Source of the DNA: Vulcanimicrobiota bacterium
Lineage (GTDB): Bacteria > Vulcanimicrobiota > Vulcanimicrobiia > Vulcanimicrobiales > Vulcanimicrobiaceae
NCBI GenBank assembly: GCA_963812155.1
Contig: CAWETW010000003.1
Span: 256,001 to 320,000 of the forward strand
Length of the DNA: 64,000 bases
Reading direction: 5' to 3'
Position numbers and translations under genes: made by a program. The notes beneath the pieces are model-generated. The model searched no databases. It saw nothing but the letters and a program-made list of their open reading frames with translations, and was not told where the DNA came from. Positions 18,523-28,586 of the stretch are shown one piece after another (position 1 is the stretch's first letter; every line of letters starts with the position of its first letter).

Positions 18523-18768
18523 ATGGCCGACCAGGCACTCAGTTTCTCCAAAGACATTCGACCGATGTTCACCGATCTCGACGTCGAGCACATGCGGCCG
18601 TTCGGGATGGATTTAAGCCAGTACGACGACGTGAAAGCGCACGCCGGCGCAATTTACTCCGTCGTCGTCAACGGCGCAATGCCGCCGAGCAGTTCAGGCG
18701 AAGCGCGCTGGACGCCCGAACAGTGCGAACGCTTCAAGGCGTGGCAGACGCAAAACTGTCCGCCGTAA
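18523..18768 (+). CDS. Small hypothetical protein (81 aa)
   Basis: AAAGGA RBS; SFSKDIRPMF...DLSQYDDVKAHAGAIY...MPP...W...FKAW pattern. Confidence 0.7.
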   Translation: MADQALSFSKDIRPMFTDLDVEHMRPFGMDLSQYDDVKAHAGAIYSVVVNGAMPPSSSGEARWTPEQCERFKAWQTQNCPP

Positions 18769-19715
18769 CCGCGCCCTCGATCGAAGCCATCGAATCGGCG
18801 CGCGTGCGCATCGCCGGCATCGCGGTGCGCACGCCGCTGCTCGAGTTGCAGGGCACGACCGGCCCTAAAATTTTTCTCAAGCTGGAGAATCTCCAGCCGA
18901 TCAACTCGTTCAAGTTGCGCGGCGCCGCGAACGCGGTGGCGATGCTCGATTCGCAGCAGCGCAAGCTCGGAGTCTGGACGATCAGTGCCGGTAACGCCGG
19001 GCAAGGCGTCGCCTACGCGGCGCGCGAGGCGGGCGTGCCGTGCACGGTGGTTGCGTTCGATACGGCACCCGAAACGAAAATCGCGCGCATGCGTGCGCTC
19101 GGTGCGACGGTGGTGAAAGCGCCTCTCGATGCCTGTTGGGAAGGTTTCGAGAGCCGCACGTTTCCGGGAATCGCCGGAACGTTCGTGCATCCGTTCGACG
19201 ACGATCACTTCATTGCGGGCAACGGTACGGCCGGACTCGAGATCGTCGAAGATTTGCCGGACGTTGCAACGGTCGTCACCGCGTTGGGCGGCGGCGGCCT
19301 CGTCACGGGCGTTGCATCGGCGGTACGTGCCGCAAAACCGCAGGTGCGGATCTTCGTTGCAGAACCGGAAACGGCCGCGCCGTACGCGCGCTCGATGGAA
19401 CGCGGCAAGGCGTCGGCATTCGAAGAGTGGCAGCCGTCGTTCGTCGACGGTGCGGGTGGAAAGAGCGTTTTCCCACGCATGTGGGAGCGGATGCGCGGCC
19501 TCGTCGATGGATCGATCGTCGTGACGCTCGACGAGACGCGGCACGCGATGCGCGTTCTCGCCGAGCGCTCGCGCGTGATCGCCGAAGGCGCCGGCGCGCT
19601 CGCGGTCGCCGCAGCGCTGAGCGGCAAGGCGGGAGACGGCCCTATCGTGGCGGTCGTCTCGGGCGGCAACATCGATCTCGCAACGTTCTTCGACGCAATC
19701 GGCTCCTCGCCGTAG
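18741..19715 (+). CDS. PLP-dependent threonine/serine dehydratase family enzyme
   Basis: FLKLENLQPINSFKLRGA, SAGNAGQG, GNGTAGLEI, GGGGL, VSGGNID. No ACT regulatory domain. Confidence 0.85.
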   Translation: MADAKLSAVTAPSIEAIESARVRIAGIAVRTPLLELQGTTGPKIFLKLENLQPINSFKLRGAANAVAMLDSQQRKLGVWTISAGNAGQGVAYAAREAGVPCTVVAFDTAPETKIARMRALGATVVKAPLDACWEGFESRTFPGIAGTFVHPFDDDHFIAGNGTAGLEIVEDLPDVATVVTALGGGGLVTGVASAVRAAKPQVRIFVAEPETAAPYARSMERGKASAFEEWQPSFVDGAGGKSVFPRMWERMRGLVDGSIVVTLDETRHAMRVLAERSRVIAEGAGALAVAAALSGKAGDGPIVAVVSGGNIDLATFFDAIGSSP

Positions 19716-19719
19716 CGCT

Positions 19720-21093
19720 TTATTCCGTGTCGGGCGGGCGCGTATCGAGCGGCTGACGCAGAAAGTAGTTTTTGTCGTGAGATGCGGGTATCGTCGTAAA
19801 GGGTCTCGGCGCTTCCGAGAATGCAAAGCATTTTCCCTCGATTGGGTTGGCGCGCCGGTCACTCGCGGAAAGCCTCGGCAAGTTCCATTGATCCTCGACG
19901 AACTTCAAAATGCTTCCGTGTTCGTAGCGTACGTGCGAAACGCAGCCTTTCTTGGCATAGGCCGAAACCACCATGAGCGGAACGCGAATGCCTAACCCGT
20001 CGTAATCGGCGAGTTGCGGAGGAACGTGATCGAACCATCCGCCGTAGTCGTCCCAAAAGATGAAGACTACGGTCGAATTCCAATACTGCGACCCACCGAT
20101 CGCGTTCACGAGCGATGCCACCCAATCCGGACCGGTGTTTCCACCGCAGTTGGGGTGGTCGGAGTTTTGACAGGTCGGCGTAATCCAGCTCACCGCCGGT
20201 AGATGGCCGCTTGAAACGTCGTCGAAAAAGCGAGTCTGCGGCGTGATGACGTTCTTGTTCCAATCGGGACCCGTGTAGATGTGTCTGACGGCTTGGTACG
20301 CGCTCCAAACGCCGTTTGGCAAGTTGTCGATCTCCGCCGTGTAGTAGCGCCACGATACGCCGGCGCCGTCGAGCTCGTCGCCGAGCGTCGCGTAGTTGAA
20401 GCACGGCTCGACGTTCGGACCGATCGCCCGCTGCCGGGTTACCGTCGGAATCCTCGAGGAACCGCCTTCGCATCCCCACGGCCCGACCGGAAAGTTCACG
20501 CTAGAAGCCGCTTGCGCCGCAATGATGTATTGATGCGAAACGAAACTGCTCGAGTCGAAATTCGACGGAAACATTTGGTCTGCAAAGACGTAGTTTTCGC
20601 CGATGAAGAAGTACGGCTTCGTTTCGTCGTGAGGCACGAAGCTATAGGGAGGGTTGGCGTTGGGGCAGGGCGGGTGCCCGGGCTTTCCGCAGGTCCAGTG
20701 TCCCGCGTCGAAACCGTCCATCCGGCAGTTCGTTCCCGGGTACGAACCGCGACCGTCGCACGCGCTCAGGAAGGTCGACGAATCGTGCTCGAAGTCAAAC
20801 GGCGCTTCGAGTTTTACCGGCAGGAGCGCGATCTTTTCTCCTTGCCGATTGAGTCCGTACGACTGCGTATCGGCACCGGGGAATCCTTGAAAGAGATTGT
20901 CGAGGCTGCGATTCTCCTGAACGATGATGACGACGTGATCGATCTGCGGATAACGCTTTCCCGGCGGTCCGGGCGTTGCAGTGGGTGGCGGAACAACGGA
21001 ACTGCCGCCGCCGCCCGAGCCTCCTCCACACGCGGAGAAGGCGAACGCGCACGTAGCGACGGCGAAAAATCCTAAGCTGCGAACGCGAATCAT
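19720..21093 (-). CDS. Phosphoesterase (phospholipase C/acid phosphatase family) lipoprotein
   Basis: Lipobox FSAC; IDHVVIIVQENRSLDNLF, SDHP, WDDYGGWFDHVPP, GIRVP. Confidence 0.85.
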   Translation of the reverse strand: MIRVRSLGFFAVATCAFAFSACGGGSGGGGSSVVPPPTATPGPPGKRYPQIDHVVIIVQENRSLDNLFQGFPGADTQSYGLNRQGEKIALLPVKLEAPFDFEHDSSTFLSACDGRGSYPGTNCRMDGFDAGHWTCGKPGHPPCPNANPPYSFVPHDETKPYFFIGENYVFADQMFPSNFDSSSFVSHQYIIAAQAASSVNFPVGPWGCEGGSSRIPTVTRQRAIGPNVEPCFNYATLGDELDGAGVSWRYYTAEIDNLPNGVWSAYQAVRHIYTGPDWNKNVITPQTRFFDDVSSGHLPAVSWITPTCQNSDHPNCGGNTGPDWVASLVNAIGGSQYWNSTVVFIFWDDYGGWFDHVPPQLADYDGLGIRVPLMVVSAYAKKGCVSHVRYEHGSILKFVEDQWNLPRLSASDRRANPIEGKCFAFSEAPRPFTTIPASHDKNYFLRQPLDTRPPDTE

Positions 21094-21159
21094 ATCGTCG
21101 CCGGTTCGCGTCCGCGGCGAATTACTCCGGCTTTCACATCGTGGGAGGCGCGTGGTCGC

Positions 21160-23802
21160 TTGTACAATCCTCCGACAGAAGTGCAACCTGCAGATGCGGC
21201 GGATTCACCCCGGAAAACTGGAAGGCTGGTTGTAATCATCGCGGCCGTGGCCGCGTTCGCTCTGGCCGACGCCGTAGCGTTTTACGGCGCTCTCTATCGG
21301 CCGCTGCTGGATCCCGATTCGACGACCGGCGCATTCGAAGGCGCCGTGGCGCGCATTCGCGCCGCACCTTTGGACGCGCGGCACGACGTGCTCGTGCTTG
21401 GAGACTCGCGCATCTATTCCGGTCTCGATCCCGCCGTAGCGTCGGCCGCAGCATCCGGCAGGTTTCGATTCGTCAACGGCAGCGTTCCGGGAATGACGCC
21501 GCGCTGCTGGTATTTTTTCGCGCGCGCGATCGATCCGGCGGCGAACCGGTTTCGCGCCATCGTCATTCCGTTCGATAGCTACGGCGACGATCGCAGCGCG
21601 ATCGGCAGTCTTGACGGCGACATGCGGCAGACGGATTTGCACTACATCGTTTTTCAGGTCTACCCGCGCGATCTTCCCAAGCTCACGGCATCCTTCGGCG
21701 ATTGGCGCCGGCGCCTGAGCGTCGGTGCCGACATGCTGCTTCGGGGGCCGATCTTGCGCGACGACGTGCAGTCGCTCGTTTCCGATCCGCTCGCGCGCGT
21801 GCGGGCGATACGCGCGGCAGATGGGGCCGCCGGCCAGGGAGTGTTCGACGCGCATCCTCGCAGCGAGAGTCTCGCCGGGCTCAAAGCCGATTTCCGGCAC
21901 GCGCGAATGGTGTTTCCGGCAGGCGTTCGGGAATCCGAGCGTAACGCGATTGCAACGCACGTCTTCGCAGACTTCGGTGCGAGCCCGTCATACGCGCTCT
22001 ATCGCCGGCGGTGGATTGGGCCGTTGGTTCGACGCTACCTTGCAGCCGGCGTTCCGGTAATTTTCGTGCGGCTGCCGACGCGGCCGGCAAACTCTGGAGT
22101 AGCGCAGGTTGTGGGTTCGGCGCTTCGGGAATTTCGAAGCGACGGCGCGAGGCTGCTGCCTCAAACGCGGTACCTCGCGCTCGAGCGCCCCGAGTTATTT
22201 GCCGACGCCGATCACCTCAACGCCGGTGGCGGCAAACTCTTCAGCGCCTTGCTCGGCCGCGACGTCGCTCGCGCGATCGGCGTGAACGCTGCGTCCATCG
22301 TTCTCGGTCCTGGTGCGGGCGAGCCGGCGATTCCGCCGGCGGCTCCATGTTCGTGGAAGCTGCTCGGATGTCTGCGGACGTTCGTGGGCATCGGCAGCCC
22401 GTTGCCGTTGCAGTCGTACGAGTTCTGGATCTTCGTCGCCGTGGTTGCGGCCCTATTCTACGCCCTTCGAGCGCACCGGCGTGCGCGTCTCTGCGTGCTG
22501 CTGATTGCGAGTTACTATTTCTACGCTCGCTGGAATGGCTGGTACGTTCTCTTCCTCTGGATCCTGACGCTGTCGGATTTCGCGATCGCGATCGTGGTTG
22601 AGGCTGCGCCGGCGACGTCGCGCCGCGTACTGTTAACTCTGGGCGTGGCCTTGAATTTAGCGTTTCTCGCGACGTTCAAGTACCTCAATTTCGCAAGCAG
22701 CACGGTGGCCGCGCTCTTGGGAATGCACGAGAACCCCTGGCTGGTGAACCTGATCGTGCCGATCGGCATCAGCTTTCACACCTTTCAAAGCATCTCGTAC
22801 TTGGTCGACGTGGAACGCGGGAAGATGCGCGCGACGAAGAGTCTGCTCGACTATGCCGTGTATCTGTCGTTCTTTCCTCAGCTGCTGGCCGGACCGATCG
22901 TGCGCGCCGGCCTGTTCTTGGGCGAACTCCTGCGTTGGCGTAAACCAAGCGCGGACGACATGACCTACGGTCTCGCGCGAATAGCTTTCGGCCTCGTCAA
23001 GAAAATATGCATCGCCGATCAATTTGCGCAGGTCAGCGACAAGTATTTCGGCAGCATGGGCAGCTATCACGGAAGCGTGCCGGCGATCTGCGCCGTGTTC
23101 GCGTTCACGATGCAGATTTATTTCGACTTTTCAGGATACAGCGACATCGCAATAGGGACCGCGCGGCTGTTCGGATTCGTGTTTCCCGAGAATTTCGTTC
23201 AACCGTACCTTGCGAACTCGATCGCGGACTTCTGGCACCGTTGGCACATCACGCTGTCGACGTGGCTGCGCGACTACGTATACATTCCGCTCGGCGGAAA
23301 CCGGCACGGCCGTTTGGCGACGGTGAAGAATCTTATGCTCACGATGTTGCTCGGCGGCCTGTGGCACGGCGCCCAATGGACCTTTGTGGCGTGGGGCGCG
23401 TATCACGGCATCTTGTTGTCGCTCGAGAGGATGTTTGGCGTCACCGCCGGCGCGAGCGCCGGAGCGCGCTATTACGTGCGCGTTGCGTTCACGTTCGTTT
23501 TGGTGAGCCTCGGTTGGGTATTGTTCCGGGCGCCCGGATTCGCCGCGGCCGGTGAAACGTACATAGCGCTCTTTACCGGAGGGTGGGGACCGTGGCTGCT
23601 GAGCCGCTGGCAGACGGACGTAGCGGTTTGCATCGTGGCGTTCGGCATCCTGTGGATGGCCGTCAGTCGATTGATGCCCAAGGTGTCTTGGAGCGCGCTT
23701 TCCGCCGGGGTGCAAGCTGCATTTCTCGTTGTCGCATTGTTTGCCGTCGAACTGTTCTCGTGGCCCGGCACGACCGCGACGTTTATTTACTTCAAGTTCT
23801 AG
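21160..23802 (+). CDS. SGNH/DltD-like domain fused to an AlgI/DltB-type MBOAT O-acyltransferase
   Basis: N-terminal TM helix, LVLGDSR and FADADHLN. C-terminal half has PIGISFHTFQSISY, FFPQLLAGPI, QIYFDFSGYSDIA, FWHRWHITLS, GLWHGA and ends in FIYFKF. One uninterrupted 880-aa ORF. Confidence 0.85.
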   Translation: MYNPPTEVQPADAADSPRKTGRLVVIIAAVAAFALADAVAFYGALYRPLLDPDSTTGAFEGAVARIRAAPLDARHDVLVLGDSRIYSGLDPAVASAAASGRFRFVNGSVPGMTPRCWYFFARAIDPAANRFRAIVIPFDSYGDDRSAIGSLDGDMRQTDLHYIVFQVYPRDLPKLTASFGDWRRRLSVGADMLLRGPILRDDVQSLVSDPLARVRAIRAADGAAGQGVFDAHPRSESLAGLKADFRHARMVFPAGVRESERNAIATHVFADFGASPSYALYRRRWIGPLVRRYLAAGVPVIFVRLPTRPANSGVAQVVGSALREFRSDGARLLPQTRYLALERPELFADADHLNAGGGKLFSALLGRDVARAIGVNAASIVLGPGAGEPAIPPAAPCSWKLLGCLRTFVGIGSPLPLQSYEFWIFVAVVAALFYALRAHRRARLCVLLIASYYFYARWNGWYVLFLWILTLSDFAIAIVVEAAPATSRRVLLTLGVALNLAFLATFKYLNFASSTVAALLGMHENPWLVNLIVPIGISFHTFQSISYLVDVERGKMRATKSLLDYAVYLSFFPQLLAGPIVRAGLFLGELLRWRKPSADDMTYGLARIAFGLVKKICIADQFAQVSDKYFGSMGSYHGSVPAICAVFAFTMQIYFDFSGYSDIAIGTARLFGFVFPENFVQPYLANSIADFWHRWHITLSTWLRDYVYIPLGGNRHGRLATVKNLMLTMLLGGLWHGAQWTFVAWGAYHGILLSLERMFGVTAGASAGARYYVRVAFTFVLVSLGWVLFRAPGFAAAGETYIALFTGGWGPWLLSRWQTDVAVCIVAFGILWMAVSRLMPKVSWSALSAGVQAAFLVVALFAVELFSWPGTTATFIYFKF

Positions 23803-25229
23803 GCTGTGCACCACGTCGTTCGCGCGGTATAGTTGAGCGTCGAACGGGAACCGGCTGGGACTCGGAGTTTCCACGTCGCCGTAAACGCCGACGACTTCGC
23901 GTGGGGCACGTTTTCGTCGACGATTTGCCACTCGCCCGGGATCGGCTCCACAACCAGCACGTTTTGAGCCTCCGTTTTGGCGTTGGCGATTACGATTTGA
24001 TACGAGCTTTGCGTCGCACACGAGCCGGAAAAGGCAAAGGCCGTCTGGCGTTTTTTAGCGGTCACGTCGAATGAATCGCCGAGGTGGAGGCGGACCGTTT
24101 CGTTTTTCGGAGTGTGGTCGATTTGGTCGGATCCCATGAACTGGGATAGGCCTCGCGAGTCGCTCTTGTAGAGACGCATAGTCCCGGCGGGAAGCGGAAT
24201 ACCCAGATTGCCTCCGCGGTTTTCAAACGTGAGGTACACGCCGATCCGCTGACGATCGCCGATATCGGCATCCGCGTTTCGATAATATTCAGGCGAGCCT
24301 CGCAGCTCGAGTGTCTCGCGGATTGGAATTTCCGCCGCCGTCAGCAGCGTTACTTGCTTCGTCTGTTTGTCGAGAATGGTCGTGGGACGGCTAAGGGTGT
24401 AGAGGTGGTATTCGAAATAGTTTTCCTGCGAAACTTCGGGCGTAGCGTTCGCGCTGACGCGCGCAATCGTTCGAAGGGCGTAGACATTTGGCGATTGGAC
24501 GACGTTGACGTTACCGGCGACAAGCTGAAGGCGCGCGTTTTCATAGGCCTCGCCGCTCGTGTTGGAGAGCGTCACGAGGCCAGTCAAGGAGAGGCGCGTC
24601 TGGTCCGAGGAAACCACGCCGACATAATCGGCGTGCCAGGCTAATCCGCTCGTGAGGTAACTCAAGTCCAGTACCTGCGGGCCGGCGGTCGCGCTCTCGA
24701 CGTCGAGATCGAGCGTCGGCCGATCGCGAAAGTTCTTCGGTGATGCCGGAAAAATGATGTAGCCGCGCAGCTGCGTTTCGATGCGATCGGCGTACTGTAA
24801 AACGATTCCGCCGTTCGTGCTGAGAATGCGCGCTTTCTCTCGCGTATCGCGCTCGCCGGCAAACCGCGCCTCGTGAACCACCGTCACCTCGCGGCCGACG
24901 TACTTGTCGAGCAGCACCGCCGGATCCAACAAATCGAAGTTGAAATTTTGCTCGACGACGCGGATCGCGCCTGCCGATTCGATACTCTCCAACAGCGCCG
25001 AGGTCGGGTCCATCTGCGCGCTAACGTCTCGCCACGAAATGCGGTTAAGTCCGCCGGTGACGCGCACGGTTCGGCGGTCGTGAACGAGCGCGGTTCCACC
25101 ATTGTAGACCGTCAAGTTGACGGATTGGCGATCCGTGGTCGTCGTGGTCGATTCGCCTGGATCGGCGACGGCCTGCGACGGCGACGCGGAAAGTAAAAGC
25201 GCGACGATGGTAAAGCAGATGCGTTGCAC
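23799..25229 (-). CDS. DUF4139/DUF4140 domain secreted protein
   Basis: Signal peptide; LTVYNGG.ALVHDRR, EQNFNFDL, LSYLTSGLAWHADY, FEYHLYTL, LGIPLPAG, IDHTPKNE. Confidence 0.82.
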   Translation of the reverse strand: MQRICFTIVALLLSASPSQAVADPGESTTTTTDRQSVNLTVYNGGTALVHDRRTVRVTGGLNRISWRDVSAQMDPTSALLESIESAGAIRVVEQNFNFDLLDPAVLLDKYVGREVTVVHEARFAGERDTREKARILSTNGGIVLQYADRIETQLRGYIIFPASPKNFRDRPTLDLDVESATAGPQVLDLSYLTSGLAWHADYVGVVSSDQTRLSLTGLVTLSNTSGEAYENARLQLVAGNVNVVQSPNVYALRTIARVSANATPEVSQENYFEYHLYTLSRPTTILDKQTKQVTLLTAAEIPIRETLELRGSPEYYRNADADIGDRQRIGVYLTFENRGGNLGIPLPAGTMRLYKSDSRGLSQFMGSDQIDHTPKNETVRLHLGDSFDVTAKKRQTAFAFSGSCATQSSYQIVIANAKTEAQNVLVVEPIPGEWQIVDENVPHAKSSAFTATWKLRVPAGSRSTLNYTARTTWCTA

Positions 25230-25370
25230 GCGCTACCTCGATTCTGACTTGACTTGATAACGCGCCGCTTCTGGCGATTGTGATGCTCTGTATCGCTCCT
25301 GTGGAGTATTCGTCGATAGCCGTTCGGGACGTGCAAGAGCTAGCGCCTTGCTGACGAACGTGGGTGAGTC

Positions 25371-26465
25371 TTGCAACTATCTTGGAAGGTCGTCGCCTCG
25401 TCGCTCGCATTCCTTGCGATCGCGGCCGTCGCGTGTGCGTCACCACGCTCGTCTGCCATGAGCGACTCTGCGTCTCGGAGTCGCATTCCTCCGCAGTTGG
25501 TCACCTTCGATCTTCGCGTTCACGACGGCGTCCCGACACTGCACGCTTTTAGCTTTGGTGCACCGTATACCGTCGATCCCAGTCGAATTGCGTTCACCGC
25601 TACTCGGCGTGGCGATCCCGCGGCGACCGCGGTGCCGTTGGCGCTAAAGCTCGGGGCACCAGCGCTCGTGCCGCCGGCCGGCGCGGGGAATCGCGGGTCG
25701 CAAGACTATTCCATGTCTCTGGACTTCCCGGGACCACCGGGCAAGCCGGGAATCTATGACGTTGTGCTCCATGCCAAACGTGGCTTTGCCGTGACGAGCG
25801 ATGGCGTCGATCTTCCATTTGGCGACCCGAGCCGCCCGGACGTTAAACGCTGGCAGATCGTCGCGTCGTGGCCCGACACGCGCGCCGGCGATTCGCATCT
25901 GCGAGAGGCCAATCGTCGCTTCGCCGGTCACGACGTCTATGGATACGGCGGTATCGTAATCGGTTGCCCGAACGCGTTCGAAATATATGCTGCCGCGACA
26001 CCAGTTCGCGTGCGTGAGGTCGTGCGCGACCGCGGCCAAGTCGAAGAACTTTGGCCGGGGACGACCGTTAGCGGCGGCGACGACATGGCGCCTCATTTCT
26101 TCGCGGTCGAGCCGTTGCGGCTTTTGGTTGAAAGACCCGCCGTGAAGGCGCAAGGGATGGGGGGATCGTCCGGGTCGACGATCGAGCGTTGTCCGGCCGT
26201 CGTACTTGCAGATTGGCAACTCGACGTGACGCTTTCGCTCTCGCCGCCGCCCCTACGGGCGCCGAGCCGGGCGCATCCAGCGCGTATTGGCATGACACGC
26301 GACGAGGTTGCGTGGCGAAACGGGTATCCGCGACAGTTCAAAGACCTCGACGAGGTGCGCAGGTCCGACCGCTGGGAGTACCCGGGCAGCCCCTTCAATT
26401 CGTTTTGGTTCGAGTTCCGCGGCGGTCGCGTTTCGCGGTTCTCTCCGCCGGCCGAGCAGCCGTAG
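25371..26465 (+). CDS. Hypothetical lipoprotein
   Basis: Lipobox AVAC; C-terminal IGMTRDEV...W.Y...F.F.GGRV resembles an SmpA/BamE-like module. Confidence 0.6.
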   Translation: MQLSWKVVASSLAFLAIAAVACASPRSSAMSDSASRSRIPPQLVTFDLRVHDGVPTLHAFSFGAPYTVDPSRIAFTATRRGDPAATAVPLALKLGAPALVPPAGAGNRGSQDYSMSLDFPGPPGKPGIYDVVLHAKRGFAVTSDGVDLPFGDPSRPDVKRWQIVASWPDTRAGDSHLREANRRFAGHDVYGYGGIVIGCPNAFEIYAAATPVRVREVVRDRGQVEELWPGTTVSGGDDMAPHFFAVEPLRLLVERPAVKAQGMGGSSGSTIERCPAVVLADWQLDVTLSLSPPPLRAPSRAHPARIGMTRDEVAWRNGYPRQFKDLDEVRRSDRWEYPGSPFNSFWFEFRGGRVSRFSPPAEQP

Positions 26466-26505
26466 TGCGCCACGTAAAGGCGTTCCTTGACCTGGAGGTT
26501 CTAAT

Positions 26506-27693
26506 ATGCGTCGTTCTACGATCTCCTTAGCGCTTTGTCTCGGCGTTCTCGCCGGGTGTTCGCAGCACGCCACTTCATCGGCGCTTCCCGCTCTGGCTCA
26601 GAGCGGCATGACGTCGCTGCAGCCGAATACCGGCTTCAACCCGCTCTACAGTTTCCAGGCAATTCCGGACGGCAGCGGTCCGTTCGGGAGGCTGCTGTAC
26701 TCTAACGGCACGTTTTACGGCAACACGCTCAAGGGCGGCAAAAATGGTCTCGGCGCCGTGTACAAAGTGAATGCCTCCGGCAAGGAGAGCGTCCTCTACA
26801 GCTTCGCCGGTCCCCCGGCGGATGGCCGGTTCCCGATCGCGGGCCTCACGATCAAGAACGGTGAGTTCTACGGCACGACTGCGAACGGCGGCGCCGACGA
26901 CTATGGGACGGTCTTTAAGGTCAGCGCGTCCGGCGCCGAACACGTCCTGTATAGTTTCAAAAATGAGCCGGACGGCCAAAACCCGCAAGGGACGCTGGTC
27001 GCGCTCAACGGCACGTTTTACGGCGCCACGCAGTTCGGCGGCACGTACGGCATCGGTACGGTCTTTAAGATCAGTGCATCCGGCGCGGAGAAAGTCATTT
27101 ACAGCTTCAACGTCAATGCGTCGCCTTTAGACGGCGTGTACCCCGTTGGAGATCTCATTGTCGTCAACGGCACGCTTTACGGGACGACGCTCAACGGCGG
27201 TTCGAGCAACCATGGAACGATCTTTAAAATAAGCCCATCGGGAGTCGAACACGTCCTGCACGAGTTCAAGGGAAAGCCGGACGGCTCGACCCCGTACGCA
27301 GGTCTCATCAACGTCAACGGAACGCTTTACGGCACGACGGAAGTCGGCGGTGCGAGCGATCACGGAACGGTGTTCAAAGTGAGCACGACCGGCGCAGAAC
27401 ACGTCATTTACAGTTTTAAGGGTTCACCCGACGGCTCGATCCCGTACGGGCGCCTGCTCTCGCTAAACGGCACGCTCTACGGCACGACGCAGTACGGCGG
27501 TGCGAATAATATCGGAGCCATTTTCAAGGTGAGCACGTCGGGCTCGGAACACGTCCTCCACAGCTTCTCAGGAGGCCCCGCGGACGGCGCGAATCCGGTC
27601 GCGGGGATGACGGCTCTCACCGGCGTCTTGTACGGCACTGCAAGCCAGGGCGGCACAGGCGGCGGCGGGATGATCTTCAAGTTGACACCGTAA
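26506..27693 (+). CDS. GloVer (Gloeo_Verruco) tandem-repeat beta-propeller lipoprotein
   Basis: Lipobox LAGC; seven repeats of about 50 aa, LYSF..PDG..P...L...NG.LYGTT..GG....GTVFK. Confidence 0.85.
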   Translation: MRRSTISLALCLGVLAGCSQHATSSALPALAQSGMTSLQPNTGFNPLYSFQAIPDGSGPFGRLLYSNGTFYGNTLKGGKNGLGAVYKVNASGKESVLYSFAGPPADGRFPIAGLTIKNGEFYGTTANGGADDYGTVFKVSASGAEHVLYSFKNEPDGQNPQGTLVALNGTFYGATQFGGTYGIGTVFKISASGAEKVIYSFNVNASPLDGVYPVGDLIVVNGTLYGTTLNGGSSNHGTIFKISPSGVEHVLHEFKGKPDGSTPYAGLINVNGTLYGTTEVGGASDHGTVFKVSTTGAEHVIYSFKGSPDGSIPYGRLLSLNGTLYGTTQYGGANNIGAIFKVSTSGSEHVLHSFSGGPADGANPVAGMTALTGVLYGTASQGGTGGGGMIFKLTP

Positions 27694-27890
27694 CTACGCC
27701 GGACTTGCGGCGGTCGCGCTAAGGCGATCCAATGTCGCCCTGAAGGTCGCTCGGATTAGCGAACAGCGTCACGCGATGTCGGTGGCGCACCATTAGATAC
27801 TTTCATTCGACCGGCAACTCGGCTAGCGTTGGTGGTGCTCCGCGCGTGCTCGGGCCAGACCTCGGCGCGCGGCGAGAAGGTGAAGAAACA

Positions 27891-28577
27891 ATGTCTTTAA
27901 CGTTTTTCAGGAAAACACGTCGCATCGGCGTTGTTTGTGCGGTAATAGCGTCGCTCGCCGGCTGCAGCAACAGCGGATCCCAAGTCGCTCCTGTGGCACC
28001 GGCGCAGTTAGGCGCATCACACATCGTGGCCGGTGCCGCACAGCCAAATTCGATCGTCTACACGCCCGTCAGCGAGCAGATTCCAGCAAACGGCCGGCTA
28101 AAAGTGGATCTCAACAACGATGGCGTGAGCGACTTCACGTTCGTGCAAACCTACTTTGTGCTCTACGGACAGCATGGGATTGGTCCCCCTCAGCCATGTG
28201 GGGCGATTGGCGCTCTTTTCCTGGAGCCGAAAAACCTTGGCCGCAACGGCGTCGCAAACGGTGCTCAAGAAGGATGGGCCGCGAAACTGAGCCCCGGTAC
28301 TCCAATCGGTTCAACGGTCAGCTTCGATCACACGTCATCGCTGCTATACGGATTTGCAGAGGGTTGTTTGCCTCCGCACCACCTGCCGTATAGTCATGGC
28401 TACTGGCGGCAAGCCACCGGATTACTTGGCCTCGAGTTCAAGATGCTCGGGCAAGTTCACTACGGCTGGGCGCGATTAGTCGAAGGCACGCTGACTGGTT
28501 ACGCGTACGAAACCGTCGCCGGCCAATCGATCGCGGCCGGACCAGTGAATGTCCGATCCTACGCACTTAAAGAATAG
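27891..28577 (+). CDS. Hypothetical lipoprotein
   Basis: Lipobox LAGC; VDLNNDGVSDF; GLLGLEF...HYGWARL...GYAYE. Confidence 0.7.
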   Translation: MSLTFFRKTRRIGVVCAVIASLAGCSNSGSQVAPVAPAQLGASHIVAGAAQPNSIVYTPVSEQIPANGRLKVDLNNDGVSDFTFVQTYFVLYGQHGIGPPQPCGAIGALFLEPKNLGRNGVANGAQEGWAAKLSPGTPIGSTVSFDHTSSLLYGFAEGCLPPHHLPYSHGYWRQATGLLGLEFKMLGQVHYGWARLVEGTLTGYAYETVAGQSIAAGPVNVRSYALKE

Positions 28578-28586
28578 GTACAACTC

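Noticed and set aside
27710..27785. GTCGC-like repeats at roughly 11-bp spacing upstream of the 27891 lipoprotein
   Set aside because: Too degenerate and irregularly spaced to distinguish from GC-rich background.
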